This document shows, piece by piece, positions 59,145 through 64,000 of a stretch of DNA of 64,000 bases. Made by a program: the position numbers and the translations under genes. Each line of letters begins with the position of its first letter. The stretch's first letter is position 1. Under the pieces are notes generated by a model that saw only the letters and a list, made by a program, of their open reading frames with translations, did no database searches and was not told the origin of the DNA. The stretch comes from a bacterium (GTDB lineage: Bacteria; Bdellovibrionota_G; JALEGL01), in NCBI GenBank assembly GCA_022763185.1, contig JALEGL010000006.1, positions 175,087-239,086 on the forward strand, in the 5' to 3' direction.

Positions 59145-60107
59145 CTATGAATGCGTGGGTAAGGGCGTGGGTTGATTTTTAGAAATAGTCTGTAGTTCTT
59201 TGGGTAACTGAAACAAGACGTCTTCTTTGATAAAATTAAAATCTTCTTCTTTGAACCCTAAGGGTTTGAGTTGTTCAACAACCTCTTGAACCAGATATTC
59301 TGGAGCAGAAGCACCGGCGGTTAAACCAATGATTTTTTTATCGTTGATCCAAGATGCTTGAATCTGATTAGCAGAGTCTATCAAGTAACCAGGGACACCA
59401 AGACTGCTGGCCAGCTCAGCCAATCGTTTTGAGTTAGAGCTGTTTTGTGAACCAATAACCAATAAGAGATCAATACCAGCTTTAACCAGTGCCCTTACTG
59501 CATCTTGTCGATTTTGTGTGGCATAGCAAATATCACCTTTGGGTGGTGTGGTTAGCTTAGGATATTTTTCTTTTAAGGCATCAATTAGAAATTTAGCCTC
59601 ATCCACACTTAATGTTGTCTGGGTCAGTGCAACAACTTTTTCAGGATTAATGTTTTTTAAGTGCTCTATATCGGCTAAGGAACCCACAATCTGAATAATA
59701 TCAGGAGCTTCACCAAAGGTACCTTCAACCTCTTCATGTTCTTTGTGACCAATAAGAACGATTGAATAATTTAACTTCTTGTATTTATGAACTTCTGAGT
59801 GAACTTTGGTGACCAAAGGACAGGTTGCATCAATAATTTTCAGTTGTTTAGCTTTTGCTTCTTCTCTTACTTGCGGAGAGACGCCGTGAGCACTAAAAAT
59901 AACTCTGGCATTTTGCGGAGCTTCAGATAATTCTTCAATAAAAACAACACCTTGATCTTTAAATGATTGAACAACTGATTGGTTATGAACAATTTCTTTT
60001 CTAACATACAAAGGCGTGCCATAATGTTTTAAGGCAAGATCAACAATATCAACAGCACGGACAACGCCAGCACAAAATCCACGAGGTGAAGCTAGGAGAA
60101 GTTTTTT
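59145..60107 (-). CDS. ispH: 4-hydroxy-3-methylbut-2-enyl diphosphate reductase
   Basis: Start chosen at MKKLLLASPRGFCAGVVRAV. Conserved blocks include ATCPLV. Confidence 0.9.
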   Translation of the reverse strand, partial: KKLLLASPRGFCAGVVRAVDIVDLALKHYGTPLYVRKEIVHNQSVVQSFKDQGVVFIEELSEAPQNARVIFSAHGVSPQVREEAKAKQLKIIDATCPLVTKVHSEVHKYKKLNYSIVLIGHKEHEEVEGTFGEAPDIIQIVGSLADIEHLKNINPEKVVALTQTTLSVDEAKFLIDALKEKYPKLTTPPKGDICYATQNRQDAVRALVKAGIDLLLVIGSQNSSNSKRLAELASSLGVPGYLIDSANQIQASWINDKKIIGLTAGASAPEYLVQEVVEQLKPLGFKEEDFNFIKEDVLFQLPKELQTISKNQPTPLPTHS

Positions 60108-60141
60108 CATGATGATTACTATTAGAAGAGATTTAAGATGG

Positions 60142-60903
60142 ATGCAAGCTTTGTTTTTGTTCTTTTCACTGACACTGTATAAGTCAGTAAAAGCCAATGA
60201 ACATCAGCTATTGACCCATAAGTTAAAAAAAATTTTTACCGATGCTCAGCATAAAAAAGACTTTTCAAAAGAATATACTCAACTCAATACGCTATCAGAA
60301 CAAGAAAAAAAGGCTTTATTGGTGGTCTGGGAATCTCCAGCTTATCCATGGAAGTGGCGCTGGTTGAGCGTGATGTATATGGCAGAACATATGATGCCTG
60401 AAGCAGAAAAAATAATTATTCAAGGGCTTCAAGATCCACTGTTTTTAATTCGCTTAGCCAGTATTAAAGCCCTAGCATCACAAACAGACCTTAAAACCTA
60501 TCATCCATATTTAATTTCATGTTTGAAAGATGATTCTTTGGTTGTTAGAAAAGCGGCGATTCAAGCCTTATCTGTGCAGCCCAGTCAAAAAGTGATTCAA
60601 GCCATAGAGAAAGCTATGTTTGATGACAAGAATCGTTTACAAAATGAACAAGATTTAATGGGTATTTTAAAAAGTATGCTGGATGTCATTGTGCAGTACA
60701 ATGATAAACAATCAATTCATACCTTAGCCAAGCTTATTCAAAGAACAAACATGCAGTCTCAATTTAAAATTCACGTATGCAATGCTTTTAAAAGTTTGGT
60801 TGAAAATAATGCGTTATCAATAAAAAAATCTAATTTTGATCAGCAGAGTGATTGCGCATACCACTGGCAACGATGGTATACCAAGCATCAAAGTTCAATA
60901 TAA
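60142..60903 (+). CDS. HEAT/PBS-lyase-type repeat protein, probably exported
   Basis: N-terminal signal-like MQALFLFFSLTLYKSVKA. Repeats IRLASIKALAS / DDSLVVRKAAIQALS. Confidence 0.55.
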   Translation: MQALFLFFSLTLYKSVKANEHQLLTHKLKKIFTDAQHKKDFSKEYTQLNTLSEQEKKALLVVWESPAYPWKWRWLSVMYMAEHMMPEAEKIIIQGLQDPLFLIRLASIKALASQTDLKTYHPYLISCLKDDSLVVRKAAIQALSVQPSQKVIQAIEKAMFDDKNRLQNEQDLMGILKSMLDVIVQYNDKQSIHTLAKLIQRTNMQSQFKIHVCNAFKSLVENNALSIKKSNFDQQSDCAYHWQRWYTKHQSSI

Positions 60904-61013
60904 TTTTATGGCTTGATATCACGCCAAACTTTGGCTCTGTGATTCAGGTAAAAATACATGGGGATTTTAAGCGATGATTTACAGGCTTTACTGCGGAATT
61001 TTTAAGTAAAAAT

Positions 61014-62552
61014 CTAATTCTTTTTAACACTCATGATATTGAGGGTATTGGTTTCTTGAGAAAAAAGAATGCCTAAGGTGTAGCCAGATTCAGAAAAATA
61101 ATAGCTATGCGTATCTTTAAAATAGTTTTCTGGCTTTTCTGCGATAGCACTAAGTCTAGTGCTGATAGCCAAAATGGTTTTAACCCTTAGGTTTTTGATG
61201 GCTTTAGCAATAGGTTGATTAAAGAAAAATATGGGTGGGTTTTTTTCTATTGAAGCTACGCTGGTTAATGAAGAGATTTTTTGTTGGGAGCTTTCTTTTT
61301 CAGTTAGAAAGGCACTGATTCTCTTGCTGGTTGATTGAATAAAGCTTGGAGGAGAGGTAAAAGCGGCTTTAAGGAGCGCTTTTTTTTGATAGATAAACCA
61401 GCCTGATAATAGGTAAAGTATAAGCACTAAAAAAGTATGAATATACTTTTCAAGTAGAGATGGAGCGATCTTCCAAGGAGTAAGTTTCTTTAATTTTGAG
61501 CTTTTGGAGTATTTTGAATGATTAAATTGACCATGCTTATTGTCATTAAATTGATCAAAAGAGACATAAGCGCTGTTTTTTTGCAGAGCTTCATTCAAAG
61601 TCTCTTTCAACCTCGGTTCATAGAAGACTGTACTTAAAAATGAGATCATGTCAGCATGGTTTACACTACCATAGCGATCCAGTAAGAAGTTTTCTAACTC
61701 TACACCAAAGTCTAGAGCACTTTGATAGCGGGTTTGTAAATTTTTATCCAAAGCTTTCATGATAATATCAGAGAGCTCATGGGGTACCTTGCTGTTAATA
61801 ATGTGTGGAGGGGCAATTTTAGCTTGGCGCACTTTTTTAATGAGCTCCATGGGTTCATTGGCTGTGTAACAGGAGTGCAGTGTTAACAGCTCCCATAGGA
61901 CAATGCCCACTGCAAAAACATCTGATCTAGGATCAATAGCTTTTCCTGAAGCTTGTTCTGGAGACATATAAGAAAACTTTCCTTTAAGGATTCCTTTTTC
62001 TTCATCTCCAGGTTTGGCAATGGCTTTGGCAATACCAAAGTCTAAAATTTTTATGCTCCCATCAAAAGAAATCATGATGTTTTGCGGTGAGATGTCTCTA
62101 TGTACAATTTGTAAAGGACGTTGATAATGGTCACACTTATTATGTGCATAATCAAGAGCATGTAGAGTTTGGCAGGCGATATGAATGCATAAAGCCACTG
62201 GAAGAGCTTTTTTTTGAATAATGCACGCCCGAAGAATAGATTTTAAATCTTTCCCTTCTAAATATTCCATGGCTAGAAAGTATTGGTTGTCTATGACTCC
62301 AAAATCGTAGATAGGAATAATATTTGGGTGGTTTAAAATTGAGGCTAAGCTAGCTTCTTGGATAAACATATTAACCAAGCTTTTATTTTGTGAGAATTTG
62401 GTGAGCATGCGTTTAAGTGCAAAACGTTTATTGGGATGCTTTTTATGGTGAGCAAGAAAAACCTCTGCCATCCCACCGGTGCCGACTTTCTCAGAGAGTA
62501 TATAGTTGCCAAGTTGTTCTTTTGCTTCTGACACTAATTTTTCTCTACGCAT
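61014..62552 (-). CDS. Hanks-type serine/threonine protein kinase with uncharacterised C-terminal region
   Basis: Gly-rich loop GTGGMAEV, VAIK-type K (FALKRM), HRDISPQN catalytic loop, DFGIAK and SPE motifs. Confidence 0.85.
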   Translation of the reverse strand: MRREKLVSEAKEQLGNYILSEKVGTGGMAEVFLAHHKKHPNKRFALKRMLTKFSQNKSLVNMFIQEASLASILNHPNIIPIYDFGVIDNQYFLAMEYLEGKDLKSILRACIIQKKALPVALCIHIACQTLHALDYAHNKCDHYQRPLQIVHRDISPQNIMISFDGSIKILDFGIAKAIAKPGDEEKGILKGKFSYMSPEQASGKAIDPRSDVFAVGIVLWELLTLHSCYTANEPMELIKKVRQAKIAPPHIINSKVPHELSDIIMKALDKNLQTRYQSALDFGVELENFLLDRYGSVNHADMISFLSTVFYEPRLKETLNEALQKNSAYVSFDQFNDNKHGQFNHSKYSKSSKLKKLTPWKIAPSLLEKYIHTFLVLILYLLSGWFIYQKKALLKAAFTSPPSFIQSTSKRISAFLTEKESSQQKISSLTSVASIEKNPPIFFFNQPIAKAIKNLRVKTILAISTRLSAIAEKPENYFKDTHSYYFSESGYTLGILFSQETNTLNIMSVKKN

Positions 62553-62561
62553 TCATCGCCG

Positions 62562-63077
62562 TTAAGCTCTAGATTGTGCTAAATAGCTTTGAATTTCCTG
62601 GAGAAGGTTTTTTTGTATTTCGCCTCCAGGCTTGGTTTCAACCCAACGGTACAAAGAGCCTTGAAAATCAAGCTGTCCTGAAATTACATCGGTATAATAC
62701 TGTTCTTTTGAGTCAATGGTGATTACAGTTCCTTGTTTACTGGGCTGAACAGTAAATTTCATTTTATACCTAATTTTATACGGTATTTTTGAGTTCCCAT
62801 AACCAGAAAATAACCTTGAAGATTTGCCTGTAATCCAATCAGTTATGATGAGCCCATGTTCACGTCGATTAACCAATATAGGCGTATTGAGGTTATTAAG
62901 GACTTCATTGGTTGCTGCCCAAGTATCTTTATAACTGTAACCATAAATTTGTTGTGTACTATGAGCGGCAGTGTCATTTTTTTTAACGTAGGGTTCTGCA
63001 AACTGTTTTTTTGAGTTAGAGCATGCACTCAAAGCCAAGAAAACAAAAGCAGTCATAAAAAAACTTAATCTTCTCAT
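62562..63077 (-). CDS. hypothetical lipoprotein
   Basis: MRRLSFFMTAFVFLALSAC ends in a lipobox L-S-A-C. Confidence 0.45.
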   Translation of the reverse strand: MRRLSFFMTAFVFLALSACSNSKKQFAEPYVKKNDTAAHSTQQIYGYSYKDTWAATNEVLNNLNTPILVNRREHGLIITDWITGKSSRLFSGYGNSKIPYKIRYKMKFTVQPSKQGTVITIDSKEQYYTDVISGQLDFQGSLYRWVETKPGGEIQKNLLQEIQSYLAQSRA

Positions 63078-63143
63078 ACTTACCATTATGGCATCTAAAA
63101 TGCCTGGAGCCAAGTTTCAAGGCATGCTATGAACATATTTATT

Positions 63144-63431
63144 ATGAATAAAAGCGATCTGGTAGAAGTTCTCTATAAACAGCAAAAAAAAAGAGGGATT
63201 TCAAAAGCAGCCATAAAAGATTTTTTAGAAAGCATGACTGACCAAATGGTCTACATGTTAAAAAGGCATAAAAAAATAAGTCATCCAGGCATAGGTGTTT
63301 TACAGGTCAAAAGACGTCTAAAAAGACTGGCAAGAAACCCTAGAACTGGAGAAAGCATTGAAGTCAAAGAAAAAAAACAGGTTGTGTTTAGACCTTCTTC
63401 CAAGGTTAAAAGAGAGCTCAATGAAGTTTAG
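63144..63431 (+). CDS. HU/IHF family DNA-binding protein
   Basis: MNKSDLVEVL...GIGVLQVKRRLKRLARNPRTGESIEVKEKKQVVFRPSSKVKREL matches the HU arm motif R.GRNP.TGE.I.I.A...F. Confidence 0.65.
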   Translation: MNKSDLVEVLYKQQKKRGISKAAIKDFLESMTDQMVYMLKRHKKISHPGIGVLQVKRRLKRLARNPRTGESIEVKEKKQVVFRPSSKVKRELNEV

Positions 63432-64000
63432 TTTTCTAGTTGATACTTTTTAATTTTTTCGTGTAGAGTAGATTTGGCAATTCCCAATTTTTTTGCAGTT
63501 TCAGTTTTGTTCCAATTATTATTATTAAGTTCTTCAAGAATAATCTCTTTTTCAACATCTTTTAGGGTTTTGGATACTTTGGGTATCCTATTGAGTGTGC
63601 TATCAAATTCATAGGCCGTTTTATCAGCAATTCCTAGTGGGGAGAAATTGATATGCTGGCTATCAATTTCAGCGTCCCCAGCAGCTATTTGTGCTCTTTG
63701 TACGAGGTTTTTTAATTCGCGGACATTACCTGGCCAAGCATGATTTTTTAATTGTTCTAGTGCGTTTTTAGAAATTGAAGTTTTTTGGTTTAGAAAATAA
63801 TCAACCAGCAAAGGAATGTCTTCTTTTCGGTTTCTCAGAGGAGGAACGTTGATCGGAATAACAAACAAGCGATAATATAAATCCTCCCTGAACGTTCCTT
63901 TTTTTACACATTCATGCAGGTTTTGGTGAGTTGCAGCAATAATACGGGTATTGATTGTGATGGTTTTATTGCTGCCTACACGTCTAATTTCATTGTTTTC
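63428..64000 (-). CDS. sigma-54-dependent transcriptional activator, C-terminal part (5' end beyond window)
   Basis: The AAA+ sigma-54 interaction domain tail is readable (RIIAATHQNLHECVKKGTFREDLYYRL; VPPLRNRKEDIPLL; WPGNVREL), followed by a C-terminal Fis-type HTH (NKTETAKKLGIAKSTLHEKIKKY). Confidence 0.8.
   Translation of the reverse strand, partial: ENNEIRRVGSNKTITINTRIIAATHQNLHECVKKGTFREDLYYRLFVIPINVPPLRNRKEDIPLLVDYFLNQKTSISKNALEQLKNHAWPGNVRELKNLVQRAQIAAGDAEIDSQHINFSPLGIADKTAYEFDSTLNRIPKVSKTLKDVEKEIILEELNNNNWNKTETAKKLGIAKSTLHEKIKKYQLEN

Noticed and set aside
1-64000. CRISPR arrays, transposases, integrases, phage genes
   Set aside because: No regularly spaced direct repeats and no recombinase-like ORFs were seen. 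The only repeats are the REP-like palindromes and the lepA tandem duplication reported above.

Overview
This 64-kb window reads as a chromosomal segment from an AT-rich Gram-negative bacterium (judged by eye; TolC, OM lipoproteins, type IV prepilins and a sigma-54 activator are present). Coding density is high on both strands, and most genes are core metabolism or information processing. Conserved blocks: lepA; pyrB-pyrC-carA-(inserted ORF)-carB; recG; a divergent hut locus (hutH versus hutU-hutI-hutG); rpmE-prfA-prmC-murA; accD; tlyA-ispA-xseB; ispH. There is one tRNA-Ala(GGC). Accessory content: a CUT1-type sugar ABC importer with a ROK kinase, a SulP anion transporter, a FadD-like acyl-CoA ligase, an M16 peptidase with an SBP5 lipoprotein and a CBS-like/CGL pair, LemA with an M48 protease, and a Hanks kinase neighbourhood. 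I found no transposase, integrase, phage genes or CRISPR. The most unusual locus is at 0.4-7.6 kb: a tripartite exporter (wHTH regulator, ABC exporter, HlyD, TolC) whose ABC subunit has every catalytic ATPase motif degenerate, sitting next to an ABC-2 ATPase/permease pair and an orphan large type IV pilin-like gene. A paralogous copy of that pilin-like gene lies 20 kb away. Other observations: an unlisted 57-aa ribbon-helix-helix ORF in the long AT-rich gap upstream of lepA; a REP-like palindromic repeat family found in two intergenic regions; an imperfect tandem duplication of the lepA 3' end with its terminator; and a domain-less ORF wedged between carA and carB. All calls come from reading the translations and motifs by eye; no database search was possible.
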